The notes: a model not told the origin generated them from the letters alone. A DNA stretch of 64,000 nucleotides from Polyangiaceae bacterium (GCA_044222475.1 JBGANF010000014.1:33188-97187), one strand, 5' to 3'; shown: positions 9,507 to 20,417, counted from the stretch's first letter. Made by a program: numbers and translations.

Positions 9507-10286
9507 CTACTCCCTAGCCATCCGCGTCAGCGCAAAGCGGAGGAGGGGCGGCGTGACGCGGGCCGCGAAGGAAGAGAATCGGACGAAGGCACTCGTCTCC
9601 ACCACCGCTCGGTTCCGATCGATCGCGCGCATGGTGATCCTCGCGATGTCGTCGGCGGTCTGGACCTTCGCCCCTTTGGGCCGCACTCCCGCTTCCACTT
9701 CGGTCACCACCGAGTTCGCTCGGAACGGCGTGTCCACCGGGCCGGGACGTATCACGCACACGCGGATGCCGTCCTTGGCGACCTCGGCGCGGAGCGACGT
9801 CGAAAGCGCCTCCAACGCGAACTTGGAGGCCGCGTAGGCCCCCAACTTCGGGGCCGCGACGACGCCAGCGATCGACGACATCATGACGACCACCCCGCGC
9901 GCCTTCGCCAGCGCCGGGTGGGCGAGCTGGGTCAGCCGCAGGGGGGCGACCACGTTCAACGCGAAGATCGACTCGAGCTCGGCGAGATCGACCTTCATGA
10001 GGTGCCCGTAGTAGCCGCGGCCCGCGTTGTTCACGAGGACGTCGATCGGCCGCCCTCCTTCGGTGGCGCGGTCGACGAGGCGCTTGCGGTCGTCCTCCTT
10101 GGTCACGTCGGACGGCACCGCGAGCGCGGTACCGCCATGAGACTCGACGTCGTGCGCGACCTTCGCGAGCTCGACCTCGTTGCGGCCGGAGAGGACGAGT
10201 CGATCGCCGCGAGCGGCGAACGAAAGCGCGATCGCGCGACCGATGCCGCTCGACGCACCGGTCACGACGACCGTGCGGGACGTCAT
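9507..10286 (-). CDS. Short-chain dehydrogenase/reductase
   Basis: TGASSGIG, NNAG and YAASK motifs. Confidence 0.95.
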   Translation of the reverse strand: MTSRTVVVTGASSGIGRAIALSFAARGDRLVLSGRNEVELAKVAHDVESHGGTALAVPSDVTKEDDRKRLVDRATEGGRPIDVLVNNAGRGYYGHLMKVDLAELESIFALNVVAPLRLTQLAHPALAKARGVVVMMSSIAGVVAAPKLGAYAASKFALEALSTSLRAEVAKDGIRVCVIRPGPVDTPFRANSVVTEVEAGVRPKGAKVQTADDIARITMRAIDRNRAVVETSAFVRFSSFAARVTPPLLRFALTRMARE

Positions 10287-11245
10287 TCGCTCTTCAGGTA
10301 CGACGCCTTGAGCAACTTGAGGACGATCGTCGTCGTCTCGAGATCGGTCGCAAGGCTCTTGTTGAGCACCGTCTCGACGTGACCGTAGTTGTGCGCGAGC
10401 TGGAGCACGTCGAGCTCCTCCGGCTTGAGATCGCGGAGCGGCGGGAGCAATGGGGCGACGATGGTGAGGCGCGCGTTCAGATCGGGGAGCTCGGCGCGGA
10501 GCTGCTCGAACTCGTCGAGCTGGCGGAGACCCTCCATGAGGACCTCTTGCACCGACACGTCGATCTCGTTCGCGAACGTGCGCTCGTCCGGCGGGTCGAG
10601 ATCGAAGAGGCCCTTCTGCCAGGTGAGCATGCGGAAGAGCGCCTTCAGCGACGGCACGTCGTCGTTGTCGTTGATCTGCGCGTAGTAGATGTTGCCCTTG
10701 CGCAGGAAGATCTTGCCGACGTCGTCCTCGGTGCGGATGACGAGCACGCCGTTCTTCTTCGACGTGCCGAAGAGCTGCAGCAGGTCGGGGAGGGGGACCT
10801 CCTCGATCGCGCCGGACATCGTGCGCGCCTGGCTCGTCGTGCGGCGCTTCTCCGCCATGTTCTCGAGCTCGCGCTTGGCGTCGGTCGTGCTGGTGCTCTC
10901 CGGTGCGCCGTCGGCGGCGATGACCTTGAGGATGCTCGTGCCGATGAGAACGCGGTCGCCCTCCTTCAGCTTCGCCTTCTTGATCTTCTCGCCGTTGACG
11001 AAGGTGCCGTTGGTGGAGCCGAGGTCTTCGATCCAGATCCCGTCCGGCTGCATGATGATGCGCGCGTGCTTGCGGCTCACCATGTCCTCGACGAGGACCA
11101 TGTCGAGATCACTCGAGCGTCCGACGACGATCTCTTTCCCTGCGGTGATGGGGAACTCCCCGCCCTGGTACTTCCCGCTGATGAAACGCAGGACGTACGA
11201 CTTCCCTCGCTGGGGGGGACCGCCCTTTCCTGCTTGTTCGTTCAT
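10283..11245 (-). CDS. FHA domain + DUF4388 (PATAN-like) protein
   Basis: FHA motifs GR, SRKHA and DLGSTNGT; then MSGAIEEVPLPDLLQL. Start may be 11293. Confidence 0.85.
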   Translation of the reverse strand: MNEQAGKGGPPQRGKSYVLRFISGKYQGGEFPITAGKEIVVGRSSDLDMVLVEDMVSRKHARIIMQPDGIWIEDLGSTNGTFVNGEKIKKAKLKEGDRVLIGTSILKVIAADGAPESTSTTDAKRELENMAEKRRTTSQARTMSGAIEEVPLPDLLQLFGTSKKNGVLVIRTEDDVGKIFLRKGNIYYAQINDNDDVPSLKALFRMLTWQKGLFDLDPPDERTFANEIDVSVQEVLMEGLRQLDEFEQLRAELPDLNARLTIVAPLLPPLRDLKPEELDVLQLAHNYGHVETVLNKSLATDLETTTIVLKLLKASYLKSE

Positions 11246-11352
11246 CTCTTCGGGTGCCCACGCAGGCCGCGTATTTGAGACGCCTTCAGCCACGCGGAAA
11301 AAGAGTATCTAGGGTGCGCAAAGATGGTCAAGTCGGCGTAAGCTCTGGGCCC

Positions 11353-12441
11353 GTGAGCACCCCCGCTTCGGGCCAGCCCAGGCCTCGAGAGGCGTCCGGC
11401 GATCCGCTCGGAACCCACCGTGCGCTGGCGCCCAGGGGCGCGCTGCCGCAGCCCGCCGAACGCCTCGACAACGACTTTCGCCGCCTATTTCAAGGCGAAA
11501 TGCTCATCGAGGTCGAGACGCTCAACGTGGACGCCGCCAGCTTCCGGCAGATGGAGGAGGCCGCAAAGTCTGCCGGGGAACCCGTCGAAGAGGGGGTCGC
11601 CCGGCTGGTGAAAAAAACCGTTGCCGAACGCGGCAAACAGCACAATCCGGTCACCGGATCGGGCGGAATGCTCCTCGGGAGGGTCAAGCAGCTCGCCGAG
11701 GGGCGCCCCCCGGGGGAGGCGGTCGCCGTCGGCGATCGCGTCGCTTCGCTCGTCTCGCTGTCGCTCACGCCGCTCCGAATCGACGAGATCCGCGCCATCC
11801 GCCCCGTCAGCGCGCAGCTCGACGTCGTCGGCGAGGCCGTCCTGTTCGCGTCGTCTCCGTACGCCGTCATGCCGTCGGACATGCCCGAGCGGCTCGCGCT
11901 CGCCGTGCTCGACGTCGCGGGGGCGGCGCCTCAGGTGGCGCGGCTCGCCAAACCCGGCGCGATCGTCGTCGTCCTCGGCGCCGGCGGCAAGAGCGGCATC
12001 CTGTGCGCGGCCGAAGCTCGAAGGCGCGTCGGCTCGGACGGCCTCGTCGTCGGAGTCGAGTCCTACGCCGCCTTCGCCGACGATCTCGAGAAGCTTGCAA
12101 TCTGCAACCATGTCGTCCGCGCCGACGCTCGCGATCCGCTCGCCACGCGCGACGCCGTGCTCCGCGCGACCGGCGGGCGCGAGGCCGACGTGGTGCTCTC
12201 GTGCGTCAACGTCGCCGACGTCGAGATGAGCGCGATCCTGTGCACCCGCACCCGCGGCGTGACCTACTTCTTCGCGATGTCGACCAGCTTCACCAAGGCC
12301 GCGCTCGGTGCCGAGGGCGTCGGCAAGGACGTCGATCTCGTCATCGGCAACGGCTTCGCCGAAGGCCACGCCGATCACACGCTGCGCATGATGCGTGACT
12401 ACCCCGCGATCCGCGCGCTCTTCGAGCGCCGTTACTGCTGA
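11353..12441 (+). CDS. kdd: L-erythro-3,5-diaminohexanoate dehydrogenase
   Basis: GTHR, LPQPAERLDN, LNVDAASF, RGKQHNPVTGSGGMLLG, LVSLSLTPL and AALGAEGVGKDV motifs. Confidence 0.9.
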   Translation: MSTPASGQPRPREASGDPLGTHRALAPRGALPQPAERLDNDFRRLFQGEMLIEVETLNVDAASFRQMEEAAKSAGEPVEEGVARLVKKTVAERGKQHNPVTGSGGMLLGRVKQLAEGRPPGEAVAVGDRVASLVSLSLTPLRIDEIRAIRPVSAQLDVVGEAVLFASSPYAVMPSDMPERLALAVLDVAGAAPQVARLAKPGAIVVVLGAGGKSGILCAAEARRRVGSDGLVVGVESYAAFADDLEKLAICNHVVRADARDPLATRDAVLRATGGREADVVLSCVNVADVEMSAILCTRTRGVTYFFAMSTSFTKAALGAEGVGKDVDLVIGNGFAEGHADHTLRMMRDYPAIRALFERRYC

Positions 12442-12454
12442 AAGGAACACCCCG

Positions 12455-14128
12455 ATGAGCTTCGTTCAAAGGCCGATCGCCGACGTCGCGAAGGAGCTTG
12501 GCATCGCCGACGAGCACGTCGAGCTCTACGGTCGCCGAAAGGCGAAGGTCGACCTCGCCGCGCTCGCCGCGAAGCCGCGCGGCAAGGGCCGACTCGTCCT
12601 CGTCACGGCGATCAACCCGACGCCAGCCGGCGAAGGAAAGACGACGACGTCGATCAGCCTCGCCATGGGCATGCGTCGCCTCGGGATGAACGCGGTGCTC
12701 GCCTTGCGCGAGCCGTCGCTCGGTCCGGTCTTCGGCGTGAAGGGTGGAGGCACCGGAGGTGGCAAGGCGTCGCTCGCGCCCGCGGACGACATCAACCTCC
12801 ACTTCACCGGCGACATCCACGCCATCACGACCGCCCACAACCTGCTGTCCGCTCTCGTCGACAACGCCTGCTACTTCCGCGACGAAAACAAGGGCAAGGG
12901 CGTCCTCGACCCGCGCCAAGTCACGTGGGGTCGCGCGCTCGACATGAACGATCGCTTCCTCCGGCGCGTCGTCGTGGGCATGGGCGGCAAGGCCCACGGC
13001 ATCCCGCGCGAGGAGCGCTTCGACATCACCGCCGCGAGCGAGGTCATGGCGATCCTCGCGCTCGCGAAGGGCTACGAAGATCTCGAGGCGCGCCTAGGTC
13101 GCATCGTCATCGGCTCGACGTGGGACGGCAAAGCGGTCACCGCGGCCGACGTCGGCGCCGCCGGCGCGATGACCGCCGTTCTGCGCGACGCCCTCAAGCC
13201 CAACTTGGTACAAACCGAGGAAGGCGGCGCCGCGATCGTGCACGCCGGTCCGTTCGGCAACATCGCCCACGGGTGCAACAGCGTCCTCGCGACCGAGCTG
13301 GCGATGAAGCTCGGCGACTACGCCATCACCGAGGCCGGCTTCGGCTTCGACCTCGGCGGCGAGAAGTTCTTCGACATCAAGTGCCGTCAGATGGGCGTCT
13401 GGCCGCGCGCGATCGTCGTCGTCGCGACGCTGCGCGCGCTGAAGATGCACGGCGGCGCGCCGGTGAAGAGCGCGGGCGATCCCAACTCCGCCGCGCTCGA
13501 GAAAGGGATCGCTCACCTCGAGAAGCACCTCGAGAACGCGAAGACGTTCGGCCTGACGCCCATCGTCGCCATCAACGTGTTTCCCAACGACACGGCCGAC
13601 GAGCTCGCCCAGGTCGAGCGCGCGGCGCAGAAGCTCGGCGCGCGGTTCGCCCGCAGCGAGGGCTTCGGCAAGGGCGGCGAAGGCGCGACCGAGCTGGCCC
13701 GTGCCGTGGCCGAAGTCGCCGACGCGACCGACGCGTCGCCGCCGAAGGCGCAGTACGTCTACGAGCTGGACGAGGCGCCGGAGACCAAGATCGAGAAGAT
13801 CGCCCGCACCATCTACGGCGCCGATGGCGTCGCGTTCATCGGGCGCGCGGCGGCCGACCTGAAGCGCATCCGCGAGCTCGGCTACGAGAAGCTCCCCATC
13901 TGCATGGCGAAGACGCAGCTCTCGCTCTCCGACGATCCGACCGTTCCTGGCCGCCCGCGCGGGTTCACCGTCACCGTTCGCGAGGTCCGGCTCTCCGCGG
14001 GCGCGGGGTTCCTCGTGCCGCTCACCGGCGACATGATGACCATGCCCGGTCTTCCGAAAGCCCCCGCCGCGTGGAACGTCAAGCTGATGCCCGACGGGAA
14101 GATCAAAGGGCTGATGCAGAACGATTGA
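12455..14128 (+). CDS. fhs: Formate--tetrahydrofolate ligase
   Basis: TAINPTPAGEGKTT, INLHFTGDIHAI, HAGPFGNIAHGCNS, TEAGFG and MPGLPK motifs. Confidence 0.97.
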   Translation: MSFVQRPIADVAKELGIADEHVELYGRRKAKVDLAALAAKPRGKGRLVLVTAINPTPAGEGKTTTSISLAMGMRRLGMNAVLALREPSLGPVFGVKGGGTGGGKASLAPADDINLHFTGDIHAITTAHNLLSALVDNACYFRDENKGKGVLDPRQVTWGRALDMNDRFLRRVVVGMGGKAHGIPREERFDITAASEVMAILALAKGYEDLEARLGRIVIGSTWDGKAVTAADVGAAGAMTAVLRDALKPNLVQTEEGGAAIVHAGPFGNIAHGCNSVLATELAMKLGDYAITEAGFGFDLGGEKFFDIKCRQMGVWPRAIVVVATLRALKMHGGAPVKSAGDPNSAALEKGIAHLEKHLENAKTFGLTPIVAINVFPNDTADELAQVERAAQKLGARFARSEGFGKGGEGATELARAVAEVADATDASPPKAQYVYELDEAPETKIEKIARTIYGADGVAFIGRAAADLKRIRELGYEKLPICMAKTQLSLSDDPTVPGRPRGFTVTVREVRLSAGAGFLVPLTGDMMTMPGLPKAPAAWNVKLMPDGKIKGLMQND

Positions 14129-16721
14129 CGACGATCGCCTGGTAGCGATCGAGCATTCGTTCGACCGAGAAGCGTTCCTGAATCCTCGCCTGCGCGGCGA
14201 GCCCCATCCGCGCGCGCGCCTCGGCGTCGTCGATCAACGCGGCGACGGCCTCGCCCAGAGCCAGGCCGTCCCCTCGCGGTACGAGCAGGCCGGACTCGCC
14301 CACCGCGATCTGCTCGTCGACGCCGCCGGCGTTCGTGGCGACCACCGGCAGGCCCGAGGCCATCGCTTCGAGCGACGCGTTGGGACAGCCTTCCGGCTCG
14401 GCGACGAGCGCGAAGAGGTCGAGCTCGTCGAGGAACCCTTCGGCATCGACGGCGCCGACGAAGCGGACGCCGTTCGCTGCCGCGCGCGCCGCGAGATCTC
14501 GAGCGTACGCTTCGTGGCCGGTTTCGACCGGGCCCGCGACGAGCACCTCGAACGGGCGACGCGCGATGCGCGCGGCCCGCGCGGCGCCGTCGACGAGCTG
14601 CTCGAGCTTCTTGTCGGGCGACACTCGCGCGAGCGTTCCGACGACGACGCGCTCGCGCGGTCGGCGTGGCGCTCGCGGGCGGATCGGGACCCCGTTCTGG
14701 ACGATGTGCACCGGGGCGCCGAGGCACGCACGTGCTCGCTCCGCCTCGCGCTCGAACTTGACGACGACGCCGCTGAGCAGTCGGCCGTAGTCGCCCGGCT
14801 CGAGATACGGAAGGTCGGGGCGCGGGCGCGCGAAGTAGCGATCGAGCGACGCGAAGTACATCTCGCCGGGGCTCACGTCGAAGAGCGGAACGCCGAGGAG
14901 CGCGTCGGCGAGGCGAAGCTTGTATTCTGCAATCGCGTTCCAGAAGACGACCGCGCTGGCGCCAGCCTCGTCGATCACCCGGACGATCGCGCTCGAGGCG
15001 CGCGCCGTGTCGCCCTTGGCGTACGGCGCGACGAAGACCGGTACGCCCGAGCGCTGGAGCTCGGTGCGCCACGGCGTCGGGAAGGCGCGCTGCTCTTCGA
15101 GGACGATCGCGCGGGCATCGACGCCGCGCGCGCGCAGGCCGAGGAGAAGCCGGCGAGCGCTCGCCTGCGCGCCGCCGATCGCGAAGTTGTTCGTGACGAG
15201 CCAGAGCGGCCCGCGAGCGCGCGGAGCCATCGCGCGACGGTAGAGGGCCTCGTGGCGCGCGGCGACGGCGGTGAGGTGGAGCTCCGGCGCGAGTGTCGGC
15301 CGCGGTCCGATCGCCGCGTCGGCGAGGGCGCCGGCGATCGCATCGGGCGTCGCGTCGCTCGAGAGCACGCGGACGCCTTCGTGTTTGGAGGCGAGCTCGC
15401 GCGCGCCGCTCACCGAGGTCGTCACGAGGGGAAGTCTCGCCGCGATTGCCTCGAGGTACGCGATGCTGAAGCCCTCCCAGGCGCTCGTCGAGAGTGCGAC
15501 GTCGGCCGCTTCGAGGAGTGACGCGACGTCCGCCACGGAGCCGACGCGCACCACGCGGTCACCGATCCCGAGCCGCGCGATCGTGTCGTCGAGGGCGCGA
15601 GCGGCCTGATGACCGTCGTCGCCGGTGGGAAGGGGGGCGCCGACGAGGATCCAACGGACGTCACGCGTGCGCGCGAGGCACGCGATCGCCTCTGCGGCGA
15701 CCTCGAGCCGCTTCTGCCGGCGTGGATTCGCGACCGTGATGACCGCCAGCGCGTCGCCCATCTGGAGACGGCGCCGCGTGGCCGCGCGATCGACGACGGC
15801 CGGCGTCGGCTGCACGCCGTTCCAGGCGGTGCGAATCGGCGGTGCGAGCGCTGCGCCGTCGCGATGGACGTCGGCGGCGCAGGCGATGACGAGCTGCGCG
15901 TCGTCGGGCGCGAGCGAGTCGATGCCGGGCGGCCACGCTCGCCGCACGTTGTGGAGAGTGGTCACCGTCGGGATGCCGAAGCGCGCGAGGGCCGCCACGT
16001 CGGCGCCGTCGAGGAGGTGCGTGTGGACCACGTCGTGCGCCTCCTGATGGCAGTGGCGTGCGAGCTCTTCGCGTCGCGCCGTGCGTCCTCGGGCGTGCTC
16101 GTAGAGCAGGATCGCGTCGCTCGGTACGGCGTGCGTCTCCCGTTGAGGCGGATCGAGGACGTAGAGCGTGCTCGTGGCGCCGCGCTCCTGGAGGGCGCGG
16201 TGCAAATCGAGCGCGACCCGCTCCGCTCCGCCGCGGTGCATCGTCGTCACGACTTGGGCCACGCGGAGGCGCGCGTCGAAGCGGACGTCGAGCGCGGGTA
16301 CGCGAACGAAGCGCGCGGCGCGACTCTCAATCATGTGTAGTATACATGTGGCGAGATCGGCGCCGTCCCGAAAGACGTCCGACGGTCGTTCGACGAAGGC
16401 GCTCGGAAACGACGGAGGTGCCGCTCCGGTGGCGTCGCCCCCGGTGGCTGCGAGCCAGCGACGCCACGCGGGGTCCCCTCGATCGGCGCCGAGCGCGACC
16501 AGCGGCATTCCCGTCGCGCTGGGCGCAGGAAGCCGCGGCGTCTCGGTGGGCCAGGCTCCGGCGCGCAAGAGCCAGAGCGGAGTGCGGCGTTCGGCGAGCT
16601 CCGCGCCTGCGGTCGACTCGGGCGCTCGCGTGGCTTCGATCCCGAGTCGCGCGAGCGCGCGCACCGTGCGCGCGGCGAGAAAGGGCTCTCCGCCTTCGAG
16701 GACGAGTGCGTCAATAGGCAC
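14103..16721 (-). CDS. Double-domain family 4 glycosyltransferase
   Basis: Two GT-B units (GGAER...EGFSIAYLEA and GGAQ...EGCPNASLEAMASG). GTG 16721 overlaps the upstream stop codon. Confidence 0.85.
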   Translation of the reverse strand: MPIDALVLEGGEPFLAARTVRALARLGIEATRAPESTAGAELAERRTPLWLLRAGAWPTETPRLPAPSATGMPLVALGADRGDPAWRRWLAATGGDATGAAPPSFPSAFVERPSDVFRDGADLATCILHMIESRAARFVRVPALDVRFDARLRVAQVVTTMHRGGAERVALDLHRALQERGATSTLYVLDPPQRETHAVPSDAILLYEHARGRTARREELARHCHQEAHDVVHTHLLDGADVAALARFGIPTVTTLHNVRRAWPPGIDSLAPDDAQLVIACAADVHRDGAALAPPIRTAWNGVQPTPAVVDRAATRRRLQMGDALAVITVANPRRQKRLEVAAEAIACLARTRDVRWILVGAPLPTGDDGHQAARALDDTIARLGIGDRVVRVGSVADVASLLEAADVALSTSAWEGFSIAYLEAIAARLPLVTTSVSGARELASKHEGVRVLSSDATPDAIAGALADAAIGPRPTLAPELHLTAVAARHEALYRRAMAPRARGPLWLVTNNFAIGGAQASARRLLLGLRARGVDARAIVLEEQRAFPTPWRTELQRSGVPVFVAPYAKGDTARASSAIVRVIDEAGASAVVFWNAIAEYKLRLADALLGVPLFDVSPGEMYFASLDRYFARPRPDLPYLEPGDYGRLLSGVVVKFEREAERARACLGAPVHIVQNGVPIRPRAPRRPRERVVVGTLARVSPDKKLEQLVDGAARAARIARRPFEVLVAGPVETGHEAYARDLAARAAANGVRFVGAVDAEGFLDELDLFALVAEPEGCPNASLEAMASGLPVVATNAGGVDEQIAVGESGLLVPRGDGLALGEAVAALIDDAEARARMGLAAQARIQERFSVERMLDRYQAIVVNRSASAL

Positions 16722-18147
16722 TTGGGAATCCGCCGAAGGGTCGGTCGTCGTCGTCGTCGCGACGCGGCGGTTCCTCGCGGACCACGCGTCGTGGCTTCGA
16801 TCGGCCACGCGTGTCGGTCGTCACCGCGACGACCTCGAGAACTCGGATCGCCTCGGGCGTGCCGCCGGTGTAGACGAAGGTTTCGGGGCCGTCCCCCACG
16901 GGGACGACGTCGGACACGGGGACTCCGTTGACGACGCACTCGTACCGCACGCGGCTGCCTGGGGGGAGTCCAAGCGTGCGCAGACGAAAACCGTCGGTCC
17001 CGACGACGAAGGTCGGTGTCGGGAGAGCGGACGAGGGCCGCGACGGCTTGCGCGACAGCGCCCACCATCCGACGCTCGCGGCGGCAATGACTCCCACGAG
17101 GAGCGCGATCAGAGTCCCCAGGCCCATCTCGTCGTCTTCGCGCCGCACGCCCAACGCGGAGGTCGGAGTTCCCGTCAGCGCGGGCGGCGGCGGACGCGTC
17201 GCGCCGAGCGGCGGCACGCTCGTCGGGAAGGCGATGGGGGCGCCATCCACGACCACGAACCGAAAACCGTTGTCCGCGTTGCGACTCCCGGGCGTGTTGC
17301 GGTAGCGCGCGGCCGATCGCGCACGCTTCGGCTCCTTGAGCCAGGACCCCCCGCGCAACACGCGGCGCAACGGCTCACCGGCGGGCCCGGTTTCGTTCTT
17401 GGGATCCGTCGCCGCGCCGGTCGGGTAGGGGGCGTACACGTCGCTGCACCACTCGTAGACGTTGCCCGACAGATCGTGGAAGCCCCACGCGTTCGGTACG
17501 TGCTTTCCCACCGGCTCCGTCCCGTGGCCCGTCTTGAACACGCCGATGGTGAGCGCGGCACTTTCGTCGTCGCCGACGTACCACGCGGTCGTCGTGCCGG
17601 CGCGCGTCGCGTACTCGTACTCGGCCTCGCTCGGGAGTCGCGCGTTCCGGCCCGTCTTCGCCGACACCCAAGAGACGAAGGCGAGCGCGTCGGCGTAGGT
17701 CACGAGCACGACCGGGTGGTCGTCGGTCTGGGTGAACCCGGGGTTCTTCCAGGTGTACTCCTTCCTCTGTACCAATTCGGTACCGTTCCAGCCGGAGCCC
17801 CCGCTCGACCCTTTTTCGGCTTCGGTCACGTAGCCCGTGTCGGCCACGAACGCGGCGTAGTCGCCGCGCGTGACGGGAGTCTCGAGCATGTCGAAGTCCT
17901 GGCTCAGCGTGACTTCGTGCTCGGTCTCGTCGGCTTCGTGCCATCGGTCGGTGGCGGCCGAGCCTGCGCGGAACGTGCCGTGGGGCACGTGCCGGAGCGG
18001 GAGCTTCACCTCGCCGATCCTCAGGACCGAGGGGCCGCTCGGGGCGGGCGCGGTCGCGTCCTCGACCGGGCGTGCGTTCACGTCGCGCGCGACGAGCGCG
18101 CAGCCCAGCACCAAGAGTCCCCACCCCGTGTTCGTCAGCCACCGCAT
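16711..18147 (-). CDS. Secreted/membrane-anchored formylglycine-generating enzyme (SUMF1) domain protein
   Basis: Signal peptide; RLPSEAEYEYA, PNAWGFHDLSGNVYEW, RVLRGGSW and NGFR motifs; C-terminal TM helix. Confidence 0.88.
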   Translation of the reverse strand: MRWLTNTGWGLLVLGCALVARDVNARPVEDATAPAPSGPSVLRIGEVKLPLRHVPHGTFRAGSAATDRWHEADETEHEVTLSQDFDMLETPVTRGDYAAFVADTGYVTEAEKGSSGGSGWNGTELVQRKEYTWKNPGFTQTDDHPVVLVTYADALAFVSWVSAKTGRNARLPSEAEYEYATRAGTTTAWYVGDDESAALTIGVFKTGHGTEPVGKHVPNAWGFHDLSGNVYEWCSDVYAPYPTGAATDPKNETGPAGEPLRRVLRGGSWLKEPKRARSAARYRNTPGSRNADNGFRFVVVDGAPIAFPTSVPPLGATRPPPPALTGTPTSALGVRREDDEMGLGTLIALLVGVIAAASVGWWALSRKPSRPSSALPTPTFVVGTDGFRLRTLGLPPGSRVRYECVVNGVPVSDVVPVGDGPETFVYTGGTPEAIRVLEVVAVTTDTRGRSKPRRVVREEPPRRDDDDDRPFGGFPSAY

Positions 18148-18179
18148 GCGCGCGATTATGCGCGAAATCGCCGAAGCGA

Positions 18180-20417
18180 TCAGGACGTCTTGGCGAGGAC
18201 CGGTTTGGCGGGCGGCTCGCTCGCCGTCGCCGAAACCGCGGGCTTCGGCGTGACCGGTTCCGGAATTGGCGTCGAGAGCGTGTCGGTCGCGGCGGGGAGC
18301 GTGATCGTGAACGTCGTGCCGGCGCCAGGTTGGGTCTGGACTTGAATCGTTCCGCCGGCTTTCTGCACGATGCTCTGGCTGATCGCGAGACCGAGGCCGG
18401 TTCCCTGCTCCTTCGTGGTGAAGAACGGGACGAACAGGTTCTGCAGAACCTTTTGCGAGATGCCGGGCCCTTGGTCGCGCACCGAGATCTCGACGCGCTC
18501 GGGCTCCTCGCGCCCCGTGGACGTCTTCTCGCTGCTCGGGCCGTTGGCCGCGCTCGTCCAGCTCGCCTGCGACGTCGACCATGCGCGCGACGGTTTCCGC
18601 GAAGAGGTGCTCACGGTGACTCGACCCCGACCATTCATGGCTTGGATGGCGTTCTGCACGAGGTTGATCAGGACTTGGCGAAACTGCTCGGGGTCGATCT
18701 TCACGCGAGGGAGCGTCTCGCCGAGCTCGAGCTGGAGCTCGACCTCCCCGGTGCTCTGGCTCGAGAGGATCTGCGTCGTGCGGCGCACCGCGGCGTTGAG
18801 ATCGACCGGGATCGGATTGCCGGCGTGGGGCCGTGCGTACGCGAGGAAGCTCCCGACGACGCGGTCGAGGCGGTTCACCTCTTCGAGGATGATTCCGACG
18901 AACTCGGACGCCTGGGGATCGCCGCTCGCCGCGCCGCCGGACATCTCCTCGAGCAACTGCGCGGCGCCCTTGATCGACCCGAGCGGGTTCTTGACCTCGT
19001 GCGCGAGGCCGGCCGCCATCGCGCCGAGCGCGGCGAGTCGATCGCGCTCCTTCATCTGCGAGTAGATCTTGCTGTTCGCGATCGCGACGCCCATTTGGGC
19101 GGCCACGCTCTCGAGGAGCGCGATCTCTTCGGGAGTGAAGGCGTCGCGCACGCGATCGTCGGCGACGCACATCAGACCGACGAGCTGCTCGTCCTCGATG
19201 CGGACGGCGTAGAGGGACGCGCTCTTGAGCAGGCCGAGGCTACTCGCCGCGGTGAGCAGCGGTGCGTCGACCTCCTTGCCCTCGCGCGAGAGCTCCTCGA
19301 GCGAGATGGACGACTGCTGGGCGAGTCGATCGAGCAGAGGCCGCGCGGCGAGCGCTTCGAGTCGGCGCGGGACGTGTCCGATGAGCGGCGACGTCGACGG
19401 GGTCTCGGCGGGCACGCCGCCGATGTTGCCCGCGAGATCGAAGCCGTTGCCGTCCTGGTCGCGGAGGTAGATCGCGGCGCTCGTCACCCGGCGCGAGCGC
19501 TCGAGGCCGGAGAGCACCGTCTCGACCATCTCGGAGAGCTCGAGCACGTGCGAGAGTCGTTTTCTCAGGTCGGTGACGGCCGTCTCGATGTCGTAGCGCT
19601 CGCGGAAGAGGAACTGGTGAATCCGGCGCTCGACCTCGGTCTGGAGTGGCTCGAAGAGCACGAGGAAGACGATCGCGGCGAGGACCGCGTTCAGGTACAT
19701 CGTGCTGAAGCGCCCGACGAACGTGACGAAGACGTAGAAGATGCCGGCGAGCGAGAACGCCAGCGCGGTCGAGACCAAGAGGCGACCCGCGAGATCGTAG
19801 AGGTCCGCGAGGCGCGGCCGCGTGAGCGACTCGGCGAGGACGAAGAGGAAGACGATCGAGAGCACCGCTCCGATCGGCGGGAGCGTCACGCCCATGAACG
19901 AGAGGAAGTCGGCGAGCGTGAACGTCGTCGCCAGTGCGCCGACGACGACGAGGAATCGCACGCGATCGCGCACGGCGCGCGACGGGCTGCGCTGGCCGCG
20001 GATCCACAGCGAGACGAGCGCCGCGGCGAGGAGGCCGAAGACGTAGGTGTAGATCGAGGCGAGCGCGATCGACTCGTCTTGGTACGGCGAGAGCTCGAGG
20101 ACGAGCATCGGAACGCCCAACGCGGCCGCGACGCGCGGCAGCTTCGGGCGCTGCCCTTGCTCGGCGGGGACGATCGACTGGAAGAGGTGCACCGCGAACT
20201 GCGGCAGGAGCACCGTGAGGACGGCGGTCGCGCGGACCCAGATCGGCGCCTGGAAGAGCCCGTAGAGCGACTGGCTCAGGTACCAGAACGCGACGGTGGT
20301 CGCGAACGACGCGAACAGCCAGTGGACCGCGCGCCTCCCGCGAAGGAGCATCGACAGCGCGATCGCCAAGGCGAGCACCGCGCAGAAGAGCGTCGTTTGC
20401 GGGCGTAGCTCTTCCAC
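18180..20417 (-). CDS. Multi-TM sensor histidine kinase with GAF domain
   Basis: About 8 N-terminal TM helices; GAF-like region; AHEVKNPL H-box; NLVQNA, DQGPGI, FFTTK and GTGLGL boxes. Confidence 0.93.
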   Translation of the reverse strand: MEELRPQTTLFCAVLALAIALSMLLRGRRAVHWLFASFATTVAFWYLSQSLYGLFQAPIWVRATAVLTVLLPQFAVHLFQSIVPAEQGQRPKLPRVAAALGVPMLVLELSPYQDESIALASIYTYVFGLLAAALVSLWIRGQRSPSRAVRDRVRFLVVVGALATTFTLADFLSFMGVTLPPIGAVLSIVFLFVLAESLTRPRLADLYDLAGRLLVSTALAFSLAGIFYVFVTFVGRFSTMYLNAVLAAIVFLVLFEPLQTEVERRIHQFLFRERYDIETAVTDLRKRLSHVLELSEMVETVLSGLERSRRVTSAAIYLRDQDGNGFDLAGNIGGVPAETPSTSPLIGHVPRRLEALAARPLLDRLAQQSSISLEELSREGKEVDAPLLTAASSLGLLKSASLYAVRIEDEQLVGLMCVADDRVRDAFTPEEIALLESVAAQMGVAIANSKIYSQMKERDRLAALGAMAAGLAHEVKNPLGSIKGAAQLLEEMSGGAASGDPQASEFVGIILEEVNRLDRVVGSFLAYARPHAGNPIPVDLNAAVRRTTQILSSQSTGEVELQLELGETLPRVKIDPEQFRQVLINLVQNAIQAMNGRGRVTVSTSSRKPSRAWSTSQASWTSAANGPSSEKTSTGREEPERVEISVRDQGPGISQKVLQNLFVPFFTTKEQGTGLGLAISQSIVQKAGGTIQVQTQPGAGTTFTITLPAATDTLSTPIPEPVTPKPAVSATASEPPAKPVLAKTS

